From contig CBFFRP010000216.1 of NCBI GenBank assembly GCA_965644295.1, positions 62,001 through 126,000 of the forward strand: 64,000 nucleotides of DNA, in the 5' to 3' direction. The stretch comes from Paraphysomonas bandaiensis (Eukaryota > Protista > Chrysophyceae). A program made the translations under genes and the position numbers. The notes under the pieces are model-generated. The model was not told the DNA's origin. It worked only from the letters and a program-made list of their open reading frames with translations, and made no database searches. The first letter of the stretch is position 1, and the number at the start of each line of letters is the position of its first letter. This document shows positions 48,593-61,498 of the stretch, piece by piece.

Positions 48593-50453
48593 TCACCAAC
48601 TTTCTCCTTCAGGCTCGTCGTCGCTTTCACTGCCAGCCTTGTATCCATTTTCACCAGACACTAAAACATTTACACCATATTAGACAAATATAGCAATACA
48701 AATCGGTTCACAGTCTTCTGCGTTGAACTTACCATCATATATACTGGATCTATTGCGAAAAGTACTATTGATACATCGATTGCAAACCTGACCATATAAA
48801 GCGTTACTGTTGGTACAAAGCAGATCACTTGTAGTATACAAATTGTTATGACAGAGGAACTGGAAAATATACACGCAATATATAGAACATTATAACACCC
48901 ATGAATCAAAATATATCACCCCACTTACACGCTGTTTTTTGCCGCCGATACGAACTTTTTTGCCGCAGCAGTTGTTACAGAAGACCTCACCACAGGCGCG
49001 GCAATGATGCTTCCGTTTGGTCATTGAAAATGTAGCAAGACATCTACATATTAATACGAATATAAGGGAAGCCACACCACTCACAAAGCATATAGAGTTA
49101 GCATCTATTATATCAATTGCAAGTGATTGTGTCGTGGACAAACCAACTTACTCCATGCATATTAATACGTGTTTACTGTCCACCCACTCTGTCCTCGGCG
49201 TAATTTCGCCCTCATCCACAGAAATAGATGGCGTACTGGTAGCATTACTTTGTGACGTGTCCGCTATCGAAACAGCGGTTGCAGATAGCCGACGCGAATG
49301 TTTATTGCCATGGAGATCACTTGATTTCTCTAACTCATCAAGATGTTTCATGCGGTCCGTTTCAGCATTCTGACGTTGTCGAATTTCACCTTCAGCCCAC
49401 CACTGTATAGAATTTAATTATTACTTATCTCGTCTTTATATCGTAACTACTCATACTACAAAAATTTAGGAAACATACCTGCATGACGTCGACTTTACTA
49501 ACTCTAACTCTCAGCATCGGTGGGTCATCATCCACGGCGTTGTTTGATTTGAATGAAAGACCAAAATGGGTTTCACCAAGTATCAAGGGCAATTTAATCT
49601 CTGATGGAGTAGTATTATCCACATGGCACTTCAGAGAGCTAAGGGGGATATCTGTTTCAGCTAGCACATCATCATTTATTAAATGTTCATCCATGACTGT
49701 GAAATGGATACTCCCATTTATTCTGTCCTCGTCACTCACCTGGAAGATGAAGCTATTGGTTGGGTCGAAACAAGGATAGTTGTCGTACTTGACCACCTCC
49801 GTTTTTCTTTTACACCCAGATACCTCCACCACCACATAAGCTGATACAGGGCGGCCTACAAAACGTACTAAGCGGGATTTTAAATTCGTACACTCCATTA
49901 CAGTAACTGTAACTGTAGCAGGCACTGGTGGGGGTTTCGGACTAAAATAAGGTGGTTTCAGAGTCATTTCTAAAGGAATCGATGGTGATGATGAAGCTGG
50001 TAATAAAGATGATACAAACGCTGTATCTCTAGCAACCTCATTTGTAACAGTTCCACATGTGTCATCTTGGAAAAAGTTAGAGGCAGGAGTATTTTTAACT
50101 AGTACAATACGTGTAATTAACATGCAATTCCAATCTAATGCGAAGCCCATATTCGAACTAACTTGACCAATCTTTCCGCACAACATGAATCGAGTTTGTC
50201 GTCCATTTTTCATGAGGCGTAAATGCTGTAACTGAGAGGTATCTAATCGACAAGACGGCTGCGTGAGCTTCGAGTGTGTCTCTTTCAAGCATATCATCGT
50301 GTCGTCAACTCCAGACACACCCGATGAATCATGAAAACTAAATTGAACAGTACAATCTGGAGAGAGAAGCAACTCAACTGAACTAAAATCACCACTAATA
50401 TAAGACTTCCACCACACTTTAGTGGACTCCAACAGCTCTGTACTATTATCCAT
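48593..50453 (-). CDS. NTF2/SnoaL-like, C2 and FYVE domain protein; multi-exon
   Basis: C2 motifs (VTVMECTNL..SAYVVV..RKTEV..F.VMDE). FYVE WVD..CME|CLATF..RKHHCRACGEVFC..CC..R|VCNRC after splicing. Stop at 48593. Confidence 0.85.
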
Positions 50454-50949
50454 ACTTTGACACTATAATCACTATCGCACTATAAGCTACTTATAACTAC
50501 AGTGTTCAGTACCAACCCATGAATCATTCTATTAATCATGCTGGAATCTACAGGACATCGTGTGCGTCTTTCGTACCAGTCTGATACGACTCGAGTCGAA
50601 ATATAAGCAACAAACGTATGCACCTTCTAAAAACTCCGTCCCGTCCTATTTCTGCAGTATTTCGTCCATATGTTAAGAAATACTCCAGTTTCGTTGGTGT
50701 GTGATTGCCAAAATATCCGAGTTGTATGCCTCTCAATATATTCCTTATACAAAATTACAGTAATTTTCGATTATTTTCACAATTTCACGAAAACCAGTAT
50801 TTTCAAGCGTCATATAACACAGTCGCCAGGATATGCAGATATTCATACGCAAGTGAGACTCTGCATGCTCCCCAGTAGCACACCACGAATTCAACACACA
50901 CAGTTCTGATATCGAGATCACTGTCGTTACCTGTGTTGCATAAGGCCAT

Positions 50950-52231
50950 ATGAGTCTAGCACCGTCAAAAGCCGATGATTCACTGCACCTCAGATCAACT
51001 GATCTGAAGGAACATTTACTTACCACAGAAACACCAACACAGGAGTGTGCTTCTAATCCTCCACACGTGCCTCAACAACCTAAAGTGAAATCTCCTGTGC
51101 TTCATTCAACGCACTTGATTTTCTTCAAAATTGCGGACTATGTGGACATTACGATGGCTAATGGCGCCAAAAATAATTTCTTATTCGTTTTTCGAAATCT
51201 TGAAGCATTCTGCGATGTTGGATTGGCGGTTGCAATTTTGATTGCTTCCGTTATTGTCTTGGGAGCTTTAGTCAATGAGTCACGCCGTAGTTGTGTCGAT
51301 GATGATCAGCCGCGGTATATATGGATGGGTGTTATTTTGTGTGCATTACACACTGCAAATACCCTCACGACTTGTTTTTTGAAAGCTCTTCCCTATGAAG
51401 TCTTTGGTACGTCGCCAGAAGCTGCCGAGAAACTAATACAGAAGGTAAATGAGAGCAAGATCGAGAAGAAAGATTTATTTAGTGATAAAGAGTACATGAA
51501 TGCCGAAAATCGAACTATCTCTGACGTTGAGTCGCATCGTGATCCAGCTGAACCAGATTTGGGTACTTCCTCACCATCAGCTGCTACGGTACAAGACTCA
51601 TTTCCCTCACTAAATTTGCCAGATGCAGAACATATGCTAGAATTGGCCAAGGTATACTCCACTGCTGCGGTATCAACGGCATACCTGTATGGTGTAGCCT
51701 TCGTCCTTCAGCTCAACAATTTCTTGCTTCTGTTAGCTTTTGGAGCTATTCTAGGTGAGACATTTAACATTCCACATTTACCTTATCTGCAATAATGACC
51801 TCTGTTCTGATGAATACTTTTAATTGGTGTGTATAAGTACAGTGGTAGCGTGATATTAACTAGTCGGGCATAATATTGCATTTCCACTTGCAGGCACATC
51901 CACTAACTTTACCGATCTTGTCACTCATTTTGTTGCAATCGAATCTATAACTCACGTGCATGAAGTTGTACCTGCTGCGCTTAAAATTAAGGATCGCTCT
52001 CCTAAACGATTCAATAAGTCTGGTATAGAGGTCGAAGAGGAACTGGAGGCGTCAGGTAGACTATCATATGGTCTTATAGTGAAACCAAACAAAAAAGGTA
52101 AAGGAGCAGTATACAGATGGTCAGCTAGAATGCATAAGAATACTATTTTCTGGTCGTTTTTTTTAGCCATATCGATTTTGTTCTTCTTAGTGTCAGAATC
52201 ATGCAGACTACACAGGGAGGTTTATGGCTAA
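50950..52231 (+). CDS. Hypothetical multi-pass membrane protein
   Basis: Two ORFs joined by an intron near 51755-51893; several hydrophobic helices. Confidence 0.6.
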
Positions 52232-52686
52232 CAGACAACTCGCATCGCATGCATATGCATGTGATATATGATAGACCTTGAAATCTTGATGATAACATGT
52301 TGTACATGTCAATGTAATATTGTAGAAATGGCGCAATTGGGAGGGTTCTATTCGCATTGCAGGAAGTTTAAATTTTACACGTATACATGTGAAACAATGC
52401 CACTAGTTCACAACAATGATGTGTATCACAATGTGGACTGTAGAGAAGTCGACTAAAGTGTGACATCAAAATACCGTAATTCCATGTAATATAAACTTCA
52501 TTCGTTTACTATTTCCAGTTTTCATTCACATCTATTGATAACATGTTTGTCAAAATTATGATACATCATATACATCTATTGACAACGTGTCTGTGTACTC
52601 AACTTGCTACCCAAGTCAGAGAATTTCTACAGTGGTCTAGTTTTAATTCTCACTCACATTTACTCAGTCAAACATATCCACAACCC

Positions 52687-54432
52687 TTAACTATCCCCGC
52701 TCTCGCTGTCGTTACTAGTACCAATTTGTGGGACCTCAACTTCTGAAACAGAAATATGCCCCTGTTGTAGTGAAGGTGTGGTATAATGTCTCGGACAGAA
52801 TAAAGGTTGCCCTACACAACAATCAGCGCAACATGCATTCATACATGTAGTAGCTCTTCTCTTTCTCATACATGCAGCGCATATATTTGCATCTCGTTGT
52901 GCACTCTGTACGTTGGCGCGGAGATTCGGTACACTTGACATGCGAATCCCATGACCTGGACAACTTTGACACGTTTCTGTCTGAACTTCAGCACAACAAT
53001 CTCCACAGCAATGATGTATACATGCCGCGGCTCGTAGTTGGCCTCCACAGCGCCTACATCTCATACTAACTACACAGTTGCTGTCGCGATTATTACCAAA
53101 GTGCGATTCGCTTATAAGTCCCATTCGGAACATTTCGGGCGAGTGAAAATATGATCCGGAGCGGTCATTCTCTTCGGTATCATATCCTAAGCCTTCCGTA
53201 GCCGATGAAGCTGTTCCCTCAGAGTAACTCTCTGACACATTCCAACTCACAGGAATATATCGCGACATTGATTCTCGACTACCATCGCTGCTGGAGCTGT
53301 CACTGCTGGAAAAGCTCTCATTCCGGGCTACCTCCAAAGATCTGAGCCCCCTTACTGTACCACTGAATATAGCACTCTCCAATAAAGGCATCAAGTTAGC
53401 AAATCTTATGTTCCTTGTCCCCCACATTGCTTCCGCCTCAGTGCGGTTACCATCTCTATAGCGCTGGTAAAAATTCTCTGTGGGCAAATGTGAAGCATGG
53501 TTGATCATGTGATCTGATTCCATAGGAAAAGAAATTACAGCTCGACAAGTTGGGCATGAACTAGATTGTCCGACCATGAGCCAGCGGGTCAGGCAATAAA
53601 TATGATAGATGGACCCGCAACATAGAGTGGTAATATTGCACGGTGGATTCGTAACTAGGCATATGGCGCACTCCTGGTCCACCTGCACATGGGGTAACGA
53701 ACGTGCCCCACATGAAATAGATGTCATCCTTCCATAATCTATTCGGACAGAAGAATGCATAATATTTATATTTTCATCACTTTCATGATTTCTCGATATC
53801 GTTAAGGTGGAATCTATGCTATCTCCCGGCTGTTGTCGGCTGTAAATGGAATTAAACCGCCGCCAAGTTTCGGCTAGTTGGTGAGTAATGACTTCTACAA
53901 ACGTATTAACAATTTGCTCAATATTCATACAAATGCTGCTGGTAGAATATAAATCAATACAATCAATCATAATTGGAAAAGGAACATCAGACTGATGCAA
54001 CACCCAGTTCAGAAGCACTATCGACAAGCGATAGGCAATATGCTCAAACATTGGTGATTGTGATATTTTAGTACATATTAGTCCAGCCTTCATACAAAAG
54101 TCATCTGATGTTCCATTCACTCCATTACAGTATAAAACGAATTCTGATATCTCGGCTGGTTCCCAGGTATCTTTAGATAAGTTGCGGTCTAACAGTCCGC
54201 ATATATCAAGCAGGTCGTGTTGAGTTAATAGGAAACCGGAGTCAGTCATTCGATCGGGATAAGTATAGTGAATCTTCTCCTCCAATAGCCGTTTCTGACT
54301 TTGACAGAAGAAAGAGAGGCGGTGCATGTAATCTGCACGGAATTCCCCGCATAGTCCACTGTCATGGAACCCCCTCACCTGACGGTACTGCTCCTGCTGT
54401 CGGAGGCTGTACGCAGCATCGTCCATCATCAT
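52687..54432 (-). CDS. RING-finger protein with a degenerate Fic-like N-terminal domain and two Cys-rich C-terminal repeats
   Basis: RING CAIC..CCGSIYHIYC..W..CPTCR; two CxxC..AxxCxxxCCxxCC..CxxH repeats. Confidence 0.75.
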   Translation of the reverse strand: MMMDDAAYSLRQQEQYRQVRGFHDSGLCGEFRADYMHRLSFFCQSQKRLLEEKIHYTYPDRMTDSGFLLTQHDLLDICGLLDRNLSKDTWEPAEISEFVLYCNGVNGTSDDFCMKAGLICTKISQSPMFEHIAYRLSIVLLNWVLHQSDVPFPIMIDCIDLYSTSSICMNIEQIVNTFVEVITHQLAETWRRFNSIYSRQQPGDSIDSTLTISRNHESDENINIMHSSVRIDYGRMTSISCGARSLPHVQVDQECAICLVTNPPCNITTLCCGSIYHIYCLTRWLMVGQSSSCPTCRAVISFPMESDHMINHASHLPTENFYQRYRDGNRTEAEAMWGTRNIRFANLMPLLESAIFSGTVRGLRSLEVARNESFSSSDSSSSDGSRESMSRYIPVSWNVSESYSEGTASSATEGLGYDTEENDRSGSYFHSPEMFRMGLISESHFGNNRDSNCVVSMRCRRCGGQLRAAACIHHCCGDCCAEVQTETCQSCPGHGIRMSSVPNLRANVQSAQRDANICAACMRKRRATTCMNACCADCCVGQPLFCPRHYTTPSLQQGHISVSEVEVPQIGTSNDSESGDS

Positions 54433-54897
54433 GCACGTGGCATATCAATAAACAACTGATAGTAGTGGCATGGCTCATGCACTCAGCTGTTCCCAAAAAT
54501 GTTTCTTAAAGTGGAACAGAACCATCTTCATCCCATTGCTGTGATCTCGTATCATACGCAGGTACTGACCTCTCCATAGTCAGACATCAACAACAGCAGT
54601 GTGTCATGTATACACTACTACACTGTAATACACTGTATAATATGTATAGTATAATCTACGACTTCATATATACTGCTGTACTCAGATATTGGTAAAAGAG
54701 TCCATTTTCTGGTCTTTCCTGGTAAAACACTCACTGGAATTCCTATAATTAGTTCAATTCCTCATTAAAATCCCTAATTTTCAGCATGAACGAACTTCAT
54801 TTTCAGTTCCTGCTCCTGTAAAGTGAACACACACACTTGCCTGTTGATCATACGCGAGACAGCATACAGATATATATATATATATTAATGTAAATAA

Positions 54898-57800
54898 ATG
54901 AGTGACGACGGGGTGTATTTATGGGACTACTGTGTGAATGTTCTCCTCAGTGCTCGACTGTTGCATTCCACTTTATCAGATATTGAGGCTTGTGATGTGA
55001 TTGGATCTATTCGAGGTGTGTGTGTCTGTATATCTGTATGATTGGGTTCCACGTTTGCTGTCTGCTTATGTATCGTGATTGTATTGTAGATTTACTGGAG
55101 TATGCGCCAGAGGAGCACTGGGTGCCTTCGATTATCGATGAAGTTGTAAAGGTGAGTCTATATATGGATAGATACAGTCATAACGAGAGCATGATACAGA
55201 AAGCTATATGGATTTTAATGGAAATGTCCACTGTTGGTCATACTCCATTACCGTTATTATCCACACCCGTGGATAGTGTTGAAGTAGGACACCGTTCTTT
55301 GAAATGGCAGCGACGTGATATATTGGAACTTGAACTATTGTTAAAAAACTACAAATGCACACCAAAGTCTATTACTGATGTGAGGAAATGGACGTGCGTT
55401 GTAAATTCCCCCATAAATAATCATTCTTGTGATGAAAGAAATTCCGAAGCGTCTCCTGTTCAACCTGCCGAACCCACCTCTCCTACCTGTGAAGCTACGC
55501 CATATGACTCGGACGTTTTCAAGGTGTTAGATGCTGCGATAGATGTATTGCTGAATGCTGGTAGTGGTCATTTGACACCACCTAGTAATGAAGCGTCAGT
55601 CGATGAGGTAGGTGTACCTATATATCTTAGGCTTGTTTTTGTTGTGTGTAATAGTTGTACTGTTGTATCGGTGGTGATGTGATGTCTGTTTTAGATGAAT
55701 ATGGGGCAACGCGTCTGTTCATCTGTGCAGAGAGTGCTATCAGAAGCAGGAAAGAAAAATCAGGATTTACAGCAAGCAGTAGTTACTATTTTCGGCTCGG
55801 CGGCAACAGGTCTTCAAATTCCATCTGTGGAGTCAGATGTTGACCTTATGGTGTCGTGCAAACCTCTCGGTGAAGCCAATGAAAACGATATATATTCCGT
55901 AGTGGACCCTTCGTCAGCCGAAGTCGCAAAGAGGCAAGCGAAGAGAGTTTTGAATTACAAGTCCATTCCTCATGACTGCTTGAGTGACATGAAAATTATC
56001 ATTATGCAGTGCCGCGGAAAGGCAAAGTCACTCATTCAGCGGGCCACTAGAGAACTGGAAAAGTTAGACCAGGAAGCATCAGCAGAAAGTGATGAAGAAA
56101 TTGAGAAGGATGCGACAAAGTACTATAACAGTAAGAAAGGTAAACGACACAGTGGTAGCAAGATGAAAATGTATCGGAGGATGATGGACGAATCTACTGA
56201 CATGTTGTCACATACAAAGGTTGGACTTGAACGTGTGAAAGCTATTTGCGATATGTGTACGGAGCCGGTAGATACATGTGGAAATACTGAGCAGAATATT
56301 CCAAAATGCGAAGACATTGGAGGTACCACCAATTTTATCAACATATCCAGGATTCGAGTAGAAAATTTGAAGTTTTACAGTCACCATACAGTACTAAGAG
56401 AGAAAAGAGTTTTGGAAGTGCCAGTCGAGAAATGCGATCGCGAAATTGATAACAGTGCACATCCAATTCACTCAGCGCAGAGTAATTGTGACGAAGGTGA
56501 TGTAGATGACACCGAAAATGTTCAAACGCAATCAAATACTCTGTCACCGTCTTTGAAAAGAACGAAAAATAGAAGGCCTATCCGAGTCGACGAAGAATCG
56601 GTACGCGATAGAGCTCTCCTTCGAACTGTCAAGAAGGCATTGAGCAGGTGAGTGGCAAAAGAGTTGTACTTGTGATGACTGTGTTTTTTGAGTTTTCGGA
56701 TATTGTTTATTTATGTATTCTACCTTAGGAATGGATTTCGAATTTTAGAAGTGGTTTTACAGGCCCGTATTCCTCTTGTTAAGTTTGAAACTCGCATCTT
56801 GATGACTTCTTCGGATGTACCAAACACACATACATCTAAACACGATAAGAATACTCTATATAAAAGTGTCAGTTGCGATATTACTCCCTATAGACGATTT
56901 CCTGTTGTAAACAGCGCCTTTCTACGAGCCTATATTGATTGGAGTGCTTGTACTGGAGGCGCGCGTAATACTCTGAAGCTACTGTTAATGTTGGTAAAAA
57001 TGTTCGCTAAGCACAAGAATATAGGATCTGCTGCAGATGGTTACTTGAGCTCGTATGCATGGGTGCTGATGTCTATGCATGTCTTGCTGAGAAAGGGCTT
57101 AATTCCAATGTTTCAATACGACGTCAACGAGGAATTTGGCTTCAAGTTGCTTCCCGATAGTGTACGAAATAATATTCACACGATGCCACTGTGCCTTCTT
57201 TTTTATGAAGTGATGAACTACTATGCTAATGAGTATGACTGTATGAGGCATACTGTGACTCTACGGGGTTCCGGCGAGGTATTTAGTTTTGTGTCTTGTT
57301 TCACAGTACGTTTTCTTTTGCCACGCCTTTCATGTCGTATTATGTATATCACGGACCTTTTTTTATTGTCAACAGGTCGTGGATAAAAGGTGTTGGGATA
57401 AACCAGTAATATGGCGGATTAGCATCGAGGTCGGTTTTCACTACTTTTTCCTTCTTCTATTATCTGCTTCTTATTTGTATTGGTCTACTCAGGATCCATT
57501 TGAGTTTTGTCAAGGTAGACATCCAAGGGATCTTGGGGTGACTGTTAGAGCCAAGACACAGGCGGAGGTGGGATTCCACTGCTATTTGATGGAAGTAATA
57601 AATGACGTTTTCGTAGATATTTAAAACTATATCATATGCGGAAAGAGTTACCCGTAAACTTCTACATTGCTCCGATAAAACTTTGGGTAAGCATTACAGT
57701 TTATGCTATTATGCTATCGTGGCTGATATCTTTTCGATGTAGTTGGATCAGCATTCGATGAGTATTATGAACTGTTTGCTCCGCTGTAAGTGTTACCCTT

Positions 57801-58781
57801 TCTCTCATCGTATTCTAGTGCTGTTGTATGCCCATGCCTACTATATTGTGTTTCGAGCGATAATTTTGATCCAGTGCTGCGCGCAGTATCACAGGCGTTG
57901 CTATAAATGACCACCAAAGTGAGACGGACACCAAAAAGAGCCCACGCAATAACCAAGGTGTTGCTGTAAATGACCGCAAGAGTAAGAAGGGCACCAAAAA
58001 GAGCCCACGCAATAACCAAGGTGTTGCTGTATATGACCACCAAAGTGAGAAGGATTCCAAAGAGAGCCCAGGCAATAACCAAGGTGTTACTGTAAATGAC
58101 CGCAAGAGTAAGAAGGGCACCAAAAAGAGCCCACGCAATAACCAAGGTGTTGCTGTAAATGACCACCAAAGTGAGAAGGATTCCAAAGAGAGCCCACCCA
58201 ATAACCAAGGTATTGCTGTAAATGACCGCAAGAGTAAGAAGGATTCCAAAAAGAGCCCACGCAATAACCAAGGTGTTGCTGTAAATGACCGCAAGAGTAA
58301 GAAGGATTCCATAAAGAGCCCACCCAATAACCAAGGTGTTACTGTAAATGACCACCAAAGTGAGAAGGATTCCAAAGAGAGCCCAGGCAATAACCAAGGT
58401 GTTGCTGTAAATGTCCACCAAAGTGAGAAGGATTCCAAAAAGAGCCCACGCAATAGCCAAGGTGTTGCTGTAAATGACCATCAAAGTGAGAGCCACACCA
58501 ACAAGACTTCGAAACGAAACAAGAAGACACGTGAGTCGAAGGTTTCTGAGCACAAGCCTAAGGATACAGCTGGAGAAACAGATATGCAGCATGGAGATGA
58601 GGCACGTAAGAACCCTAAGAACGAAGATAATCCGTCCCTTCCTGCTCATTATCGCGGGAAAGGGGTGAACAAATGGGATGGCCAATTGATGGAAGGGGAT
58701 AGAGAAGCTACCCAAGTAAAAGTTCCCACTCACCAGGAAGTGAATTCTAAGCCAAGAAATAGAAGGAAAAAAAGATCTTAA
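54898..58781 (+). CDS. Cid1/GLD-2-family terminal nucleotidyltransferase (TUTase or non-canonical PAP); multi-exon
   Basis: Motifs IFGSAATG...SDVDL, ARIPLVKF, SCDIT, VKMFAK..IGSAADGYLSSYAWVLM, SIE|DPFE..HPRDLG. Final exons splice into the repeat-containing frame ending at 58781. Confidence 0.85.
57893..58500 (+). repeat. Coding tandem repeat, 63-bp unit, about 9.5 copies (GVAVNDRKSKKGTKKSPRNNQ-type)
   Basis: aaggtgttgctgta recurs every 63 bp (57955, 58018, ...). Confidence 0.95.
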
Positions 58782-59209
58782 TCGGTGTGAAAAGTCTCTT
58801 TGTCCAAAGTTGAATTCTTCGAAAATAGAAACCTGCCTGGAGGAGACGGAAAAAATATTTTACAGAGAATTTGAGGGATGTCGGTGAACCACGATCACTT
58901 GATACCATTGTTTTTACCCGAAAACCGTAAAATGTAAAGCATTCTACATACTGTGACGAATATTATAAGTGGAAATCTTTCCTCATAGTAGTGACAAATC
59001 GGTCATACTTCAAGCAATCTACTATATTTTAGATAGCTTCACCGATACTGCTAAAAAAACGATACATACATAGTTAAAAACGAAACTGCAGACTGCACTC
59101 GAAATTCGGCGGGATTTGGAACAACTATATACAAATCTATAATATCTCAAATGTGATATTCGTACATAATGAAATGATAAGTATAAGGCGTAGACGTCAT
59201 CAAGCGTAG

Positions 59210-59346
59210 CAGGGCTGCGTATCAATTAACTGTAAATTAATTGAAGCAAGCTGCAGTCAATTTTAATTGCAATTATGATTTGATGTCCGAATTTCAATTA
59301 TTGCAATTTCAATAATTGAAAATCAATTAATTGATACGCAGCCCTG
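59210..59346. mobile_element. 137-bp hAT-type MITE
   Basis: 20-bp TIR cagggctgcgtatcaattaa / ttaattgatacgcagccctg; 8-bp TSD aagcgtag (59202-59209 / 59347-59354). Confidence 0.9.
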
Positions 59347-59508
59347 AAGCGTAGGGATTATTGACTATAGTAAGAGAAGAGAATTCTATTGTAATCAAAC
59401 TAGATAGACACTTTTCTTAAATCGCATACACAATTGTTTAGTGTCAACAACATGATAATTTATTTTGTTCATGTCAATGTTGGAAATTGGTCATTCTTAA
59501 CTATATAT

Positions 59509-59760
59509 CAGAGAGAATTTGTCGTTAGACTAGATAGATTAATGAATTTCGTTTACATGAATTGTGACAAACAACACATTCTCATTTTGCTCCACGCATA
59601 ATCTACATATGTAAACCTCTCGTTACTAAACATATCGAAAGATCAAACTATTTCAGTTTCTCAATATCATCACAGTATTTGTACAGCACCATATTTCGTA
59701 CATTGTTTTCAAGTGACACACTACACACTGAATATACTAGAATATAATCTATATTCTTAA
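59509..59760 (-). mobile_element. Diverged solo LTR of the same copia family
   Basis: Reverse complement matches the LTR (gatcaaactatttcagtttctcaatatcatcacag, cagagagaatttgtcg, ctgaatatactagaata) with many substitutions and indels. Confidence 0.85.
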
Positions 59761-60742
59761 GTCAACCACTGCTCAACTTCCGTATCTTGAATTGTCATGA
59801 TACAATACTTCAGTTTCACAGTGTTATAGCTATATAGTATCTTTGACTATGTACTACTGTTTTTCACATTGTATTTAACGTATTCTACAGTGCTATCTTA
59901 GAGAACCATACGTATTCCAACAGGGATTGTATTTGGAGAGCACTCAGGAAGTTCATATGGATATGGCTGATTCGAATGTAGTGTGTAGTTACCCCAGTAT
60001 ACTCAGAAAAACTGCTGGAGAAAGAAGAATGACCTCAAGATTGCTCAGCTGGAAAAGACCCGGGGTACTCGTAATTGTTTTGTGAATAAGGTAGTTTTAA
60101 GAGCAACGACGATTGTGGTTGTTTAGTCTGTAGAAAATTAGAGCACCCCCGTGAATCTCAATTTGCCTAGATACTCTTTTTATAGCAGAATTTAGAAGTA
60201 CTAACTTACTAACTAAGTCCAAAGCGTTGTAAACCGTGTTTTGACTTCTAGCACTCCTCATCTAATATTTCCTATGATCAGACACCCCAAGTCGAGTTAG
60301 AAATTAGATTTATATCTAGTCTTAATATTTGATGAAAGAAACACTTCGTATTATTAGAAGATAAAGATTGATTATATAAACTTCACAAGAAGAACAAGGC
60401 CTAATAGTATCATAGCAAGACACGTTTGAACAGGGTGTTAGCACCACACACAATTGTGTATCTTATATAGTCTGGTAATTATTCAGTCAATTGATATTTC
60501 ATTGTATATATGTGTTGTATTCGCGCGTTAAGAGATATATGTATCAATGAATCTTAATAGTCAGGATTATTTTCAAATAAAGACAGAACCATTCTAGGAT
60601 ATTATCCATGAACTGAATATCTATTGAACAAAAACCAATATACGTGTAATCAGAAGTTAGAATTTTAGAGAAATAGATTTAAGAGTTGAATATATAGTAT
60701 TCACCATAACAGAACTTTCCCGTAAATACACACGTATTGAAA

Positions 60743-61498
60743 TCAATTCTTGTTTATTCTGTGTATGTATGTCACCACTTTCTTCTTCTGCACATCGGAG
60801 AGTTCTTCAAAAGTCAGCTGCTTGAAAGGCGCCCCATCTGAGAGAAATTGGCACCGTTTCTGAGAATTTTCCTTTATGCGAGTTATCATTCGTCCTATGA
60901 TGCGGTCGAGGGCGCTGCGGGTGAGTACATTCCTTCGTTTCTGGAAGTCCGTGGGTTGAGAGGTGATTTCGTGCTGACTGGTAGATTTTTTAGTATACTT
61001 CTTACTAGGATATCTGGAATACCGTCCAACTCCATCTAAATTATCACAGTACTCTTCAAATGTTGTTGCTATTACACTACACCTACTATCATCATCACTT
61101 TCATATTCTGTTATTTCACACTCATTAATCGCACACATCAGCACTTCAGATATAACACATTTCATATATCGTTGAAGCTCATCTCTAAACGGATGTCCAT
61201 CACTGTGCGCATGTTTGAACACAGCCTCCGCCTCTATAAGTCCTGTAGCAGATCGATCCAACCAATCACAACACCGCACAGCAGTATCTCTATTTTTAAA
61301 TATATTGTGAGCCAATAGATCACTTTCCAGTACTGATCGATCGATCATAGTGGCGTTATCTTGTAACGATCGGACATAACAGAGAAATATTTCATAGTCA
61401 TGACTGTTGTCATCCATAGAGTCTACAGTGCTACTCCTGCTGTTTGTTGGGGTTATTCGACACCGACTCCTCGGGAGCATTGATAAGAGAGCACACAA
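60743..61498 (-). CDS. Hypothetical protein with a weak EF-hand-like segment
   Basis: 251-aa ORF; LDRSATGLIEAEAV segment; start uncertain. Confidence 0.5.
   Translation of the reverse strand: MCALLSMLPRSRCRITPTNSRSSTVDSMDDNSHDYEIFLCYVRSLQDNATMIDRSVLESDLLAHNIFKNRDTAVRCCDWLDRSATGLIEAEAVFKHAHSDGHPFRDELQRYMKCVISEVLMCAINECEITEYESDDDSRCSVIATTFEEYCDNLDGVGRYSRYPSKKYTKKSTSQHEITSQPTDFQKRRNVLTRSALDRIIGRMITRIKENSQKRCQFLSDGAPFKQLTFEELSDVQKKKVVTYIHRINKN

Noticed and set aside
57893-58500. Regularly spaced repeats resembling a CRISPR array
   Set aside because: No unique spacers, in-frame coding, eukaryotic context and no cas genes
57765-58733. 322-aa hydrophobic antisense ORF resembling a multi-pass membrane protein
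   Set aside because: It is the shadow of the 63-bp coding repeat on the plus strand; a stop-free repeat unit propagates open frames
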